Source of the DNA: Nitrospirales bacterium
GTDB taxonomy: Bacteria; Nitrospirota; Nitrospiria; Nitrospirales; UBA8639
Assembly: GCA_965203295.1 (NCBI GenBank)
Contig: CBDBCZ010000018.1
Coordinates: 512,001-576,000, forward strand
Reading direction: 5' to 3'
Length of the DNA: 64,000 nt
Part shown: one piece after another, positions 52,930-64,000 of the stretch
Position numbering within the stretch: the stretch's first letter is position 1
How the letters are laid out: every line of letters begins with the position of its first letter
The notes under the pieces: model-generated
Database searches by the model: none
What the model saw: the letters and a program-made list of their open reading frames with translations, nothing else
Told to the model about the DNA's origin: nothing
Made by a program: the position numbers and the translations under genes

Positions 52930-55855
52930 AATAAAGATTATCAGGTCTCTTCTGCTTTCTTTTGCCTGAACAAGTTTTATAGTAGTTGCTTAGGTCATCC
53001 TGAAGTTTACGTTGCCTGTAAAGACAACATTTGTGGTCAAGAAAGCATCAGATGTGCAAATTAACACCCTCTCATTACTACAATTAACACACAATGTGAG
53101 CATTATGGGTATGGGCATTTACCAGTCATGGGAGTTAAAGCTGCAAATGGACCTCTGTTTCACCAGGCATTAAACCCATAATCACCTTTCTTTGTCTCTT
53201 GTACTGAGGTCTGGGGGTCATTAGGTGTAACAACCCCACCAACATCTCCATCAGCAGTGCTTAAGTGTTGCCCATCAGGAGGGGGGTCTCCACTGAAAGG
53301 GTCACTCGGGGAGTTCGGATGTGCTAATTGTAAAGACAACAGCAATGGATGAAAAAAGTATTAGCAGTATTGAATGAAAGGCCTATACCGCTTTCCAGTT
53401 GAGGGTGTGGCTGCGTCTGATGCAAAAATACAAACACCACATGCCGAAACTTCACAATTACATAAGGGCCATGAGGATGATTTACCATTCAAGAGTGCAT
53501 GTAGACATTGTATCTAATGAAAAGTCCCTTTATTGGTCTCTTGTGCCAAGGTCTGAGTGTCAGGAGGGTCACTTGCAATCACACTCGTACAGGCATCGTC
53601 TCCACTGGAGAGGTTGCCTGGAGGATCAGGATGTGCTTTAAACGTAAAGCTAAAAATCATGAGTCAAGAAAACATTAGTAATATGCAATCAAAGTCCAAT
53701 CTTGTTAATTAAGAGTGAAATTTTTCTGATACAAAATACAAGCATGATCTAATACGAAGACATTGCCATTGTATACGAGCCTTGTGGGTTTGAAAATTCA
53801 CCATCAAAGCATGTTGTCTCAGGGTAGACGTCTACTTGACTAGTAACTACCACTATACCCGGATGACGACCTTCATACTAAACCCATAATTACCTGCAGT
53901 CCCTTTTTTGGTCACTGGCACTGAGGACTGATGCTCAGTAGGATCACATGGAATCACAGGGCTGGGTAGAATAGCACTATGGGACTGGGAAATTTCCCAT
54001 CAGGAGGGGGGTCTCTGGATCCACTAGAAAGGTCGCCTGGAATATCCCTGTCAGGAGGATGATCGTTGCTCACTCCTGTCGGCAGGCCGATTGAGGTGTC
54101 TTTTGAAGATAGCCCTTTATAGCTTCTTTAGATACCCTTCTTTCATCTGGGAAAGCTGTTTCAAGGTAAAACCAATGCTGGAATAACAAGACAGTGCTTT
54201 TAAAGTTTTCTTACATACCTTGAATTATTTCCTGCACAAAACTGTCAGGGAGTTGGTCCAGGTAGATAATTGTGGCCTTTTCCCTTTTCCCCTGAAAGGT
54301 TTTCGCTTGGTTAGTAACCTCCAGTTTACCCAATGTGGTGGCTGTTGTCAGCTGAGATTTGCTGAAGAAACCTTCACTGGGAAGGTTTTCATATCGAATG
54401 GCCAGCACGTTGTGTTTACTGTCATGCCCTGGCTGGCGTGTGTCAATCTTGGCAAACGCGGTCACCTATAATAATATTATGTCAATGAAAAACAGGAACT
54501 GTACAGGCAGATTGTGGATCGTCACATCCTACAGGCAGTGTTAACGAACAACACTTTTGTAGGTATGCCTCCTTGGTGCCACGAGAATAAAATGTGTGCT
54601 GATGGCAGCCAAACAATGAAAGGGCACACTGCAGTGCAGTTGTCTTCCCAGTTTGTGAAGCACCAAACGTTATCGGAAATGGCCTCGCCTGAGCACAATC
54701 TGTGAATAGTGTAGAATCATCACACTTGCTCCCAAGGTGAGGTGAGCGGGGTAGATATTGTGCCGCATGATGGTGCACAGGGCATCTACTAATGGCAAAA
54801 GACTGGATGTGCTGAGAGGGAGAGTGATTGGGATAGCCATTGATGGACCTGGAGTGCGTGGATAAATGGCACTCAGCCACACGAAATCACTATTTGCAGG
54901 ATTGATTAGATTCCCGATGTCGATGATAACTTTTGGCCCCATCACCCACACAGACTCTGGTAGCATTTTGCGATCAGGACCAAGTTGCAAGCTACACTGA
55001 GAAACTACGGTCTGCGCTGCCGTGCACATTTGCTTCTTGTAGAGAAGGAAATCGCCAAATTCATTGTCCCTAAAGCTACATGTTAGAAACCCTCTTCCCT
55101 TGACGCAGTGATTGACGCACTTCATAAAGTCTTGCTTCAGTTGATGGGAGCTCTCACAGGTGAAAAAACATCTCCTATATATATGAATGCAGACAATAAT
55201 ATACAATGTTTATGATGTGGTGTGTTTGATATTTAATTGTACTGTTTACTGTTTCATTAAGGATGTTGATTAAGTCCATGATATGCATCATATTTTAGTA
55301 TACCACTTCAACAGTTGTGTGTACTCGATTGCGCCTAGCCAGTGCTTATACCAGAACCACATTTCCTGTCAGGTATTTGCATAATAACAGTAATACTTTT
55401 GCTATAGCCTTGTTCCCAGGCCTCCGCACAGCTTTTGTCGCTTGCAGTACGAAAAGCCTGCATGGGAATGAGGCTACTCTGCTATACTATCCTCATTAAG
55501 TTGGACAAAGAACACTTTGAAACTCAAAATTAGCCGGTCAACACGTGATGGGTGCTGAGTCTAGCAAAGGATATCAATGCCTAATAAATTTTGATTACAT
55601 TGAGTTGAAGACAAAATTTTGCACTGTGCATACAAAATCACAGGTAAAGAAAACATTTCCATTAGGGCCTAACTGTCCCAATATATTCACTCTCCCTGTC
55701 ATCATACACTGCGGGGAACACATCTAGCAAGTAGCCTGACACACAACTCCCTGCTACTTTTGCTGCAAACTCAACTCGGAAATCTGAGTACGCCATGTAC
55801 TTCCCTCCCTTCGTCAGCCTCCCAAACGTGTTTGCAGTCTCATCTTCATGAAAGC
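52930..55855 (-). pseudogene. Spliced, decayed P-loop NTPase gene resembling DUF927/Cch-type AAA+ helicases
   Basis: Exon-like blocks ~55855-55691, ~55174-54500, 54465-54218, three Pro/Asp-rich repeat exons (53180-54100) and ~53016-52930. Walker A GASQTGKTT followed by ALQCALSLFG and Walker-B-like LPVGCDDP. Frameshift near 54675; the ATPase core appears cut short after DDPQS. Confidence 0.6.
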
Positions 55856-56267
55856 CTACACAGTCAATCATATTAATGTGTCACTCGCTATAACATAATA
55901 GCAAACATGCATCCAGGATGCAGGTTACACAACATACAAAGTTTCTATGACTAGTCTTGCGGGCCAGACTTCACTTCCAAGGAGAGTTACGTCTGGACAC
56001 TATATATATGACTATATTTCCGTTGCACTCTGCAGGAATGTGGGAAGAGCCAATTAGATTGTTGTTCTTCGTAGATTGCGTATTGGTCACATAGTTGGGC
56101 TGGTACTGAGACTAAGTCCTAGCTGTGAGGCACCGTAAACTCGGGCCCCCTCTGAGAGTTAATATTATTAGGACATGTCATGCTCAATTACAATGCGCGC
56201 TTTGAGATAAAGTGTGCTATTTCAGTTCATGAACAGCTAATGCTTGCAATATTCCAATACTATCACC

Positions 56268-56328
56268 TAGCCTCGTTCCCAGGCCTGCACCTCAGCTTTT
56301 GTCGGAGTGGAGCCTGGGAACTGGGCTA
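56268..56328. mobile_element. TAG..CTA mini-MITE (AcademH-like); relative at 55405-55476
   Basis: TAGCCTCGTTCCCAGGC..GCCTGGGAACTGGGCTA with 8/9-matching flanking repeat (A/G)CTATCACC; absent from the homologous tract at ~16270. Confidence 0.55.
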
Positions 56329-56771
56329 GCTATCACCAGTCTCAGAGGAATGGTGTACTTTCCACAATAGTGCACTCAACTGCTACTATCTTAACCATAT
56401 CCCTAACATAACCCTATCCCTAACTGATATATACATGTAGTCCTAACCACACTGCCAAGTGTAAGTACAGCGAGTGAGCATAGCTGCGGTGTATTTAAGT
56501 GCGGGTATTTTTGCGACTCAGCCTGTCGCAAGAATAGCGATGAAATAATTACACGTGAACTACATCCTGGGTGTGGCGAAACTGAGATATTTTCGCGAGC
56601 CATGCAGGCGGCGCTCGACTGTAGTATAAAGGAATCATTGGCAATGGCATGCTGAGCTACGAAAAGTAAGTCTTATCTGGTCTTGGCATCTCTGCGTGCA
56701 GCATAGTTTCAAGGGTCAGACATGGCTGGCACAGGAGTGGAGAGACAAGTTGTGCTGCTTGAAAGTCATGT

Positions 56772-57091
56772 TAGTTAGTTAGTTAGTTAGTTAAATTTTC
56801 ATTTTAAACAGGAAGATGTCCCTTCAGCCAACAGATGGCTGGTCCTCCAGGGAGTCCTGTGACATGAATACACAACACACAAACACAAATAGACAGCACA
56901 CAGATAAAAAAGTTGCAAATAAATAGATACAAAAACACCAGTTAGGAATAGCTATAGCCGGTCCAGGATTCGGCGTGCCTTCAGTCGTCGCTGAAATGCC
57001 TCAGATCCCAGTTCTCTCACGCTGACAGGCAGCCTGTTCCAATCCCATGCTCCCCTGAATGTAAATGACCTCCTAAGAAACTCAATGTAGT
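56772..57091 (-). mobile_element. 5'-truncated LINE (CR1/L2-like) 3' end
   Basis: Minus strand encodes FLRRSFTFRGAWDWNRLPVSVRE..FQRRLK..*, then a 3' UTR and (AACT)n tail; flanked by a 30-bp direct repeat (56742-56771, 57092-57121). Confidence 0.8.
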
Positions 57092-57979
57092 GAGACAAGT
57101 TGTGCTGCTTGAAAGTCATGTAGTGAACATGTAACTTTTTATTTTAGTTATGCACTACCATCAGCTGACTTTCTCATTGATTTCACTGTCACCTCTATTC
57201 ACCCTATTCAACAATGGTTTCTGTAGGTACCTCATGATCCATGCCTGACGTGTATATTATCCTTTTCTAGAACTTTCTCTAGCCTTCACTGTTTGGTATA
57301 TAAGTGCATATCTGCTGAATATCAAGTTTTAAGTAACCATTCCAAGCTACTACAGTCACATTCGCATCGCTCTCGATTGTGCCGTCCGTTTCTAACGCTG
57401 ATATCTTTACTTATACTGAAGCTACATAAATTCTACTAACCTGGGAGCTGTAGTAAGCCTCCCTTGGTAAAATATGTGGTGGATTTGTCCAGATCTCTGC
57501 CCCTAGTTGCACAGCAGGTTTGAAGATGGCGTGCATGAAGCCGCCTGAGACGCCATTTTGAACACGTTCCTCCATAAAGCCCATATAAATTGTGTATAGT
57601 TTTGTTTTGAGCATATCTCCTCACAGAAAATGGAAGTAGAGAAACCCCACTTTTATTATATTCATCACCCAAAAATCGCATGGTGAAGTTTTGTCCCTCT
57701 GTGACACCTCCTTCACGCCAATCTGTAATATTTATTTACTTATTGTATATACACCCCCTTTTCCAGTCTCATCTTTACACTTGGCAGTGTATACATATCA
57801 GTGAAATAACTATTGTAGTAAACCTGCTGCATATTCATATTGCATGTACAAGATAAAAAAGGATGGGTACTAAAACCTATGCTTACATAAACACACCCTA
57901 TCAGTTTATGTAGCTGCCACAGTATCAGTGATAAACTCCAAATAAACTAGTGTATGGAAGCAGCTGCAAAATGAGACAG

Positions 57980-58240
57980 TTAGTTACACTTTTCATCGAG
58001 CTTTCTTTGAACTCCGTTAATAATTTTTCGAATTAACTCCACCCTGGAGGCACTTTGCTCAGTAGCAATCTGCAAAATTATTTGCGATGTTGTTCGGACC
58101 ACAGGGTTGCAGGAATTCTCAGTGAGGATGGCATCACAGATGGCTTCATCACTAATGAAGTGACCAGCTATAATGCTATTAGTATCATTTGCTGGAGAGA
58201 GTGTGTCAAAAAGCTCTGACATCAGTTTATCAAGAGTACC
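57980..58240 (-). CDS. Terminal exon of a further paralog (copy C); upstream exons lie beyond the right edge
   Basis: CAG acceptor then GTLDKLMSELFDTLSPANDT..NSCNP..ASRVELIRKIIN..LDEKCN*, 261 nt like 16830-16570. Flanking intron (58390-58683, 63228-63870) matches 32070-32670. Confidence 0.8.
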   Translation of the reverse strand, partial: GTLDKLMSELFDTLSPANDTNSIIAGHFISDEAICDAILTENSCNPVVRTTSQIILQIATEQSASRVELIRKIINGVQRKLDEKCN

Positions 58241-58683
58241 CTGTAAAGGACACAAGTAAAGTGAGTTTCATCTGTTATAATTATTTATAGCCCAGTGCGA
58301 TTTTACAATACACAATGTCATGAATAGAAAATTTCTTGGCGAAGTTAAGTATTGGATTGCAATAGGTTCTGCAAACTACTAGCTATCAGGCTGTGCACAG
58401 CAGCATTAGGGTATGGATACCATGAATGTGAAGACTACACCATTACAATGTAAAGCTAATGCTTTTGTATTTATGTAGCTACTGTGTTGTGGTAAGACTC
58501 CTTTTTTTCCATTTAGGAAGCAATGGCTGAGTTGGCAGATAGTACTAGGTACTTGCTTTCTATGGAGATAAACACGTATTATGACAATCCCGGGTAGACA
58601 ATTCCATCACATAATAATTGTTTCGATCACCACCTTGCATTGTGATAGCTCTGAACTACCATTTAATTAAGGGTGGGGTAAAT

Positions 58684-61600
58684 TGTAATATCCTGGACAT
58701 TCTTCTAATTTACACTAATTCACCTCTCTAACTGTTAGTAGTTGTTAATGTAATCAGGACACGCTTTAGATTTCCTACTGTATAGTGCTAATAGTGTTAT
58801 GACCATTTTTGGTTCCTTCTACCTAGCACCTTTCCTTTCCCTTATTGCTATAAAGTGTATTGCTGTTTAGTTATTGTCAGTTGTTGTTGTTCTTGTAGTA
58901 TCAATTGTCTATTCCATGGTCTATTGTCGAACTATCCTGTTTGGCTCTCGCATGCGCAGCGATACTATATCTGGCGACGAGGATTTTCCGAGACCTCGCA
59001 AGCACTAATGGCAACTCAGTACGGACGACTCCGGGAATTCCACCCAGAGACCGATACTATCAAGGCCTACCTTGAGCGCGTAGACCTCTATTTTGCGGCC
59101 AATGAAGTCGCCGAAGACAAGCGAGTTCCTATCCTGTTGAGCTCGATCGGACCTTCGACATATGCGCTTCTCAGTGACTTAACCGCACCGGCCTCTCCTG
59201 GAGGCAAGACTCTTCTGCAAATTGGAGATCTTCTCCGCGGACATTACGAACCAAAGAGATCTGTCATAGCAGAAGATTCCACTTTCATAAACGGGAGCAA
59301 GCCGCTGGAGAGACCATTAAGGATTTTGACGCCTCGCTCAGACGACTCGCCACTCACTGCGAGTTTGGCGCAACACTTGAAGACACGCTCCGAGATCGTT
59401 TCGTCTGTGGACTACGCCACGAGATAATCCAGCGACGCCTCTTATCGGAGAAGGACCTTACTTACGCCAAGGCGCTGGACCTCGCGCGCGCCATGGAATC
59501 CGCAGACTCACAAACGAAAGCCTTCAAATCCACAGAGCCTGCGATTCACCAGTTCACTCGCCAAACGCCAAAGACGCAGACGAAAACTCCTTGCTATCGC
59601 TGTGGGCGCGGCTCTCATTCCCCGAGCGAGTGCAAGTTCAGAGAGGCAACGTGTCACCAGTGTAAGAAGAAAGGCCACATCGCGCCGGTGTGCCGTTCGA
59701 AAACCCGACAACAGCCTCTGACTCCCCAGACCAGGTCGACTGGGGGCCACAAGCAGAAACACCGCCGAGCTCACCATGTCCACGAAGAAGTTTCGCCTTC
59801 AGCGTCAGACACGGACGCCAGCAGCGGGGACGAATATCACCTGCACAAATTGGACGAACGTTCCTCGCGACCCATCGCCGTCAAAGTTCTCGTAAATGAG
59901 CGACCTCTCACGATGGAGCTAGACACCGGAGCCGCGGTCTCCATCATTTCGGAGGAGACGCGCAAGGCACTCTTACCTGACGTGAAGCTGCGGAAGTCCG
60001 CCCTCGTGTTGAAGACTTACACCGCCGAGCCAATGGAGGTGACGGGCCAACTGAACGTGAAGGTGGAGTACGGAAGCCAGAGAGAGAAGTTGGTGTTGAT
60101 CGTAGTGAAAGGAGGGGGACCAAGCCTTTTTGGACGAAACTGGCTGAAATACCTACGCTTGGATTGGAGTACGATCGCCCCCATTCATGCAGTTCGAGTG
60201 AAAACTCTGAATGCATTGCTGAACGAACACCAACCGCTGTTCGCTGAGGAACTTGGAAAAGTGGAGCCATACAGAGTGACCCTGCAAGTCCAACCTGATG
60301 TCACGCCAAGGTTTTTCAAACCTCGCCCGGTTCCGTTTGCCATCCGAGATGCCGTTGGGAAGGAGTTGGATCGTCTGGAACGAGAAGGCATCATCGAGAA
60401 GGTGTCCTACAGTGATTGGGCAGCCCCCATTGTACCTGTGCCCAAGAAGGACGGCCGATTCAGGATATGTGGGGACTACAAGGTTACTATTAACCAAGCC
60501 CTCTCGGTGGAGCAGTATCCACTTCCCAAGCCGGAAGACCTGTTCGCCACACTCGCCGGTGGACAGGCATTTTCCAAACTCGACCTCTCCCAAGCCTATC
60601 TACAGGTGCAACTTGATGAGCAGACAAAGCCCTATCTCACCGTGAACACCCACCAGGGCTTGTACCGGTACACGAGACTCCCCTTTGGTGTGGCGTCCGC
60701 CCCTGCCCTTTTCCAAAAAATGATGGACACTGTCCTGCAGGGAATACCAGGGGTCATCTGCTATATCGACGACATCCTCGTCACAGGGAATGACGCAGAG
60801 AGCCATCTACAATCACTGAAAGAAGTGCTCATGCGACTGGAGAAGCATGGGTTCCGTCTCAAGCGAGACAAGTGCGAATTCCTGCTGCCGACAGTTGAGT
60901 ATCTTGGCCATCAGGTCAGCAAAGATGGCATTAAGCCACTCCCCAGCAAGGTAGCAGCCATCAACCAAGCTCCAACGCCCAGAAACATCCAAGAGCTACG
61001 TTCCTTTTTAGGGCTACTCAACTATTATGGGAAATTCATCCCCAACTTATCCACACTCCTCCACCCGCTGAATGCACTTCTCCAGAACGACCATCCTTGG
61101 AAGTGGAGTGAGAAATGTTCCAAGGCCTTCCGCCTCGCAAAGGAGCACCTGACGTCAGCACAACTGCTCACACACTATGACCCATCTTGGCAGCAGATGC
61201 ATCAGCCTATGGGATAGGAGCAGTTATCTCCCACACATTCCCAGATGGTTCCGAGCGTCCCATCGCCTTTGCCTCACGCACCCTCACCTCAAGCGAGAAG
61301 AATTACGCTCAACTCGAAAAGGAGGCGCTGTCATTGGTATTCGGAGTAAAAAAATTCCACCAATACCTGTACGGAAGACCGTTCACCCTAATCACGGATC
61401 ATCAGCCCCTCACAACAATCCTGGGACCCAAGAAGGGTATCCCTTCCTTGGCAGCGGCTCGACTTCAACGATGGGCCATTCTACTTTCTGCCTACAAGTA
61501 CACCATCAAGTACAAGACATCACAGGCCCACAGCAACGCTGATGGACTATCTCGCCTACCTCTACCAGCACTCAACACCCGGCCCGGTAGTGAAGATAGC

Positions 61601-63227
61601 ATCTTCAACATCTGCCAAGTCCAAGCCCTTCCTGTGTCCTGCAAGGACATCCAGAAAGCCACCCGACAGGACAAGACCTTAGCAAAAGTGCTCAACTATA
61701 CCCGAACGTGATGGCCGGACAAAGTACCAGATGAGCTCAAACCCTACCAATCTCGGTCCAACGAAATCGGAATTGAAGCCGAATGCCTCATGTGGGGCAT
61801 ACGAGTGATCATCCCCGAGAAACTGCAAGCCCGAGTCCTGAAATCTCTGCACAAGAACCATTCCGGGATTACCCGAATGAAGGCCATCGCGAGAAGCTAC
61901 TTTTGGTGGCCTGGACTCGATAAGGCAATCGAAGACCTCGCCAAATCTTGCACAGCTTGCCAAGCTATTCAAGCCTCACCAGTCGTTGCCCCCCTACACC
62001 CGTGGGTATGGCCCGAGACCCCATGGAAGCGGATCCATGTGGACTTTGCCGGTCCTTTTATGGGCAAAATGTTCTTCATCATCGTCGATGCCCACTCCAA
62101 GTGGCCAGAAGTTGTCACCATGTCAGCTACCACCTCAAAGCACACTATCGATGCTCTTCGCTCAGTTTTTGCTCATTTTGGCCTGCCTGAACAACTTGTC
62201 TCAGATAACGGACCACAGTTTTCCTCCTCTGAGTTTGCTTCATTCATGAAGGAGTGCGGAATCAAGCATGTTCGCTGCTCACCTTATCATCCTTCCTCAA
62301 ATGGCCTCGCCGAGAGATTTGTTCGAACGTTCAAACGAGCTATGCGTGCAGGAGAAAAAGACGAGCCTTCTATCCATCGCCGTCTATCGGATTTTCTATT
62401 CAGCTACCGATCAACCCCTCATGCAACAACCAACACCTCTCCCAGTGAACTCTTCTTGCAGCGCAAACTGCGTACCCAGTTTGACTTGCTGAAGCCTAGC
62501 ATCAAAGGAACTGTAGAAGCTCATCAAGCGGCTCAGAAGGTTAACCATGACCAACACTCAAAGCTTCGAAGCCTCGATCTAGGATCTCTTGTCATGGTCA
62601 AGGATTTCCGTCATTCTAAACAGTGGATCCCTGGGACCATTGTCAAGAAACTTGGACCACTGACCTACCACGTGGATGTTGGTAACGGACAGATCCTGAA
62701 GCGCCATGTTGACCACCTGACCCTCCGTCAAGAATCGTCAGTAGAGGATATCACGATTACCGCATCAGACTCAACCATCCAAGACAATTTTCACTATCCG
62801 GAATCAGATTCCCCCGTTCCGACACCTCCGGTAGAGAACCCTCAGGGGCCACGCTACCCCCAGCGTGAACGACGACCTCCTGATCGCCTGATGCAAGTCA
62901 CCACAGGTTGAATCCCAGTTTCACACTTAGTGGGAGGAAGATGTAATATCCTGGACATTCTTCTAATTCACACTAATTCACCTCTCTAACTGTTAGTAGT
63001 TGTTAATGTAATCAGGACACGCTTTAGATTTCCTACTGTATAGTGCTAATAGTGTTATGACCATTTTTGGTTCCTTCTACCTAGCACCTTTCCTTTCCCT
63101 TATTGCTATAAAGTGTATTGCTGTTTAGTTATTGTCAGTTGTTGTTGTTCTTGTAGTATCAATTGTCTATTCCATGGTCTATTGTCGAACTATCCTGTTT
63201 GGCTCTCGCATGCGCAGCGATACTATA
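58684..63227 (+). mobile_element. Ty3/Gypsy LTR retrotransposon (Mag-like), full length, young; in last intron of copy C, antisense
   Basis: 286-bp LTRs 58684-58969 and 62942-63227 with one mismatch, TSD TAAAT, PBS TGGCGACGAGGAT (tRNA-Ser-like) from 58972, PPT AGTGGGAGGAAGA 62929-62941. Empty site present in the paralog at ~32408-32430. Confidence 0.97.
59008..62911 (+). pseudogene. Gypsy gag-pol, interrupted
   Basis: Two Zn knuckles (CYRCGRGSHSPSEC, CHQCKKKGHIAPVC), protease LDTGA, RT YIDD, RNase H ADASAYGIG, integrase HHCC plus VDFAG/SDNG/GLAER. Frameshifts at ~59272 and ~61190, in-frame TGA at 61709-61711. Confidence 0.93.
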
Positions 63228-63398
63228 TAAATAAATTAAATGTGGAAAGTAATACCACTCATAATGGTGTAATGTTTGTTTTCTTGCTAGGACTGCTATA
63301 GGAACAAATCCAAACCCGTGTGCAGAGAGCTGAATACCCAGGAAAGGCTTCTAACTCATGAGATTCTCAGCTCTCTAGGACAGCATTTGTGTCCTAAT

Positions 63399-63769
63399 CA
63401 GTGGCGTAGCTACACCCGGGCCTACCCGGGCACAGGCCCAGGTAAACAGTGTGCGTGCCCAGGCAAACGTACGCCTTCTACTGTTACGTCATACTATTTC
63501 CGCGGTAGCAGTGGAGCGCTCGTGATTCTCATGGCTCTCTCACTGGCTCTGAATCATCCACGCCTTTAAAACAAAGCTATTCCACCATTGCTACTATTAT
63601 ACTGAAGCATTACATCCACTGGAATGTATCTGACCACTGTAAAAAAATAAAAATTACTGCAAAATGAAAAATTTCCGCGCTTCGCGTGAAGCCAGGTACG
63701 CTTCACGTTGCTGCATTACCCATGTCCAACCAGTGCCCGGGTAGCGCTCAGTCTCTAGCTACGGCACTG
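63399..63769. mobile_element. hAT-type MITE, 371 bp
   Basis: TIR CAGTGGCGTAGCTA / TAGCTACGGCACTG (1 mismatch), 8-bp TSD GTCCTAAT; single-copy empty site in the paralog at ~32570. Confidence 0.9.
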
Positions 63770-64000
63770 GTCCTAATTTGTGCGGCAGTAAAGTTCTTCT
63801 ACACTCTATAGTTGTTTCCTAACAAAATCGTGGTTGGTGGCACACTAACAAAAAAGGGGTGGCTGGACAGGAGGTCCCAGCAAAAAAAAGTCCATGATGC
63901 ACAACCTCTTTTTTGCAGACCCCCCAAAACAACCTACCAACTGTGTCACGAAGTGTCATAATTACGTCATAAATAGTTAATTAACCATGCATTGACATCA

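Noticed and set aside
57411..57614. Minus-strand exon-like ORF as the first exon of the helicase-like gene
   Set aside because: Separated from it by host-derived sequence (56235-56420 matches 16247-16345); it belongs to a different insertion and has no recognisable domain.

Overview
Intron-rich eukaryotic (animal) DNA; the compact introns and repeat types look demosponge-like, which is inference only. The backbone is a minus-strand tandem array of a multi-exon gene family encoding secreted proteins: signal peptide, divergent CUB domain, basic proprotein-convertase-type linker, then an unrecognised C-terminal region. I reconstructed the exons by hand and all splice phases are compatible. Copy A spans 15667 to <1 (11 exons, runs off the left edge). 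A second locus spans 47310 to 16570 and holds two CUB units that appear fusable in frame through a new GTAAGT donor at 31143. A further copy shows only its last exon (58240-57980). Introns and intergenic DNA are packed with mobile elements. These are a full-length but disabled Copia (TSD CATGG), a young Gypsy (TSD TAAAT, TG..TA LTRs), a decayed Ngaro/DIRS-type element, several Helentron/DINE-like elements (one nested in a sister copy), MITEs, a truncated LINE, and satellites. The least explained feature is a decayed spliced gene for a DUF927/Cch-like AAA+ helicase (52.9-55.9 kb) beside a 1.2-kb GGTTCA-based tandem array. No rRNA, tRNA or CRISPR features were seen.
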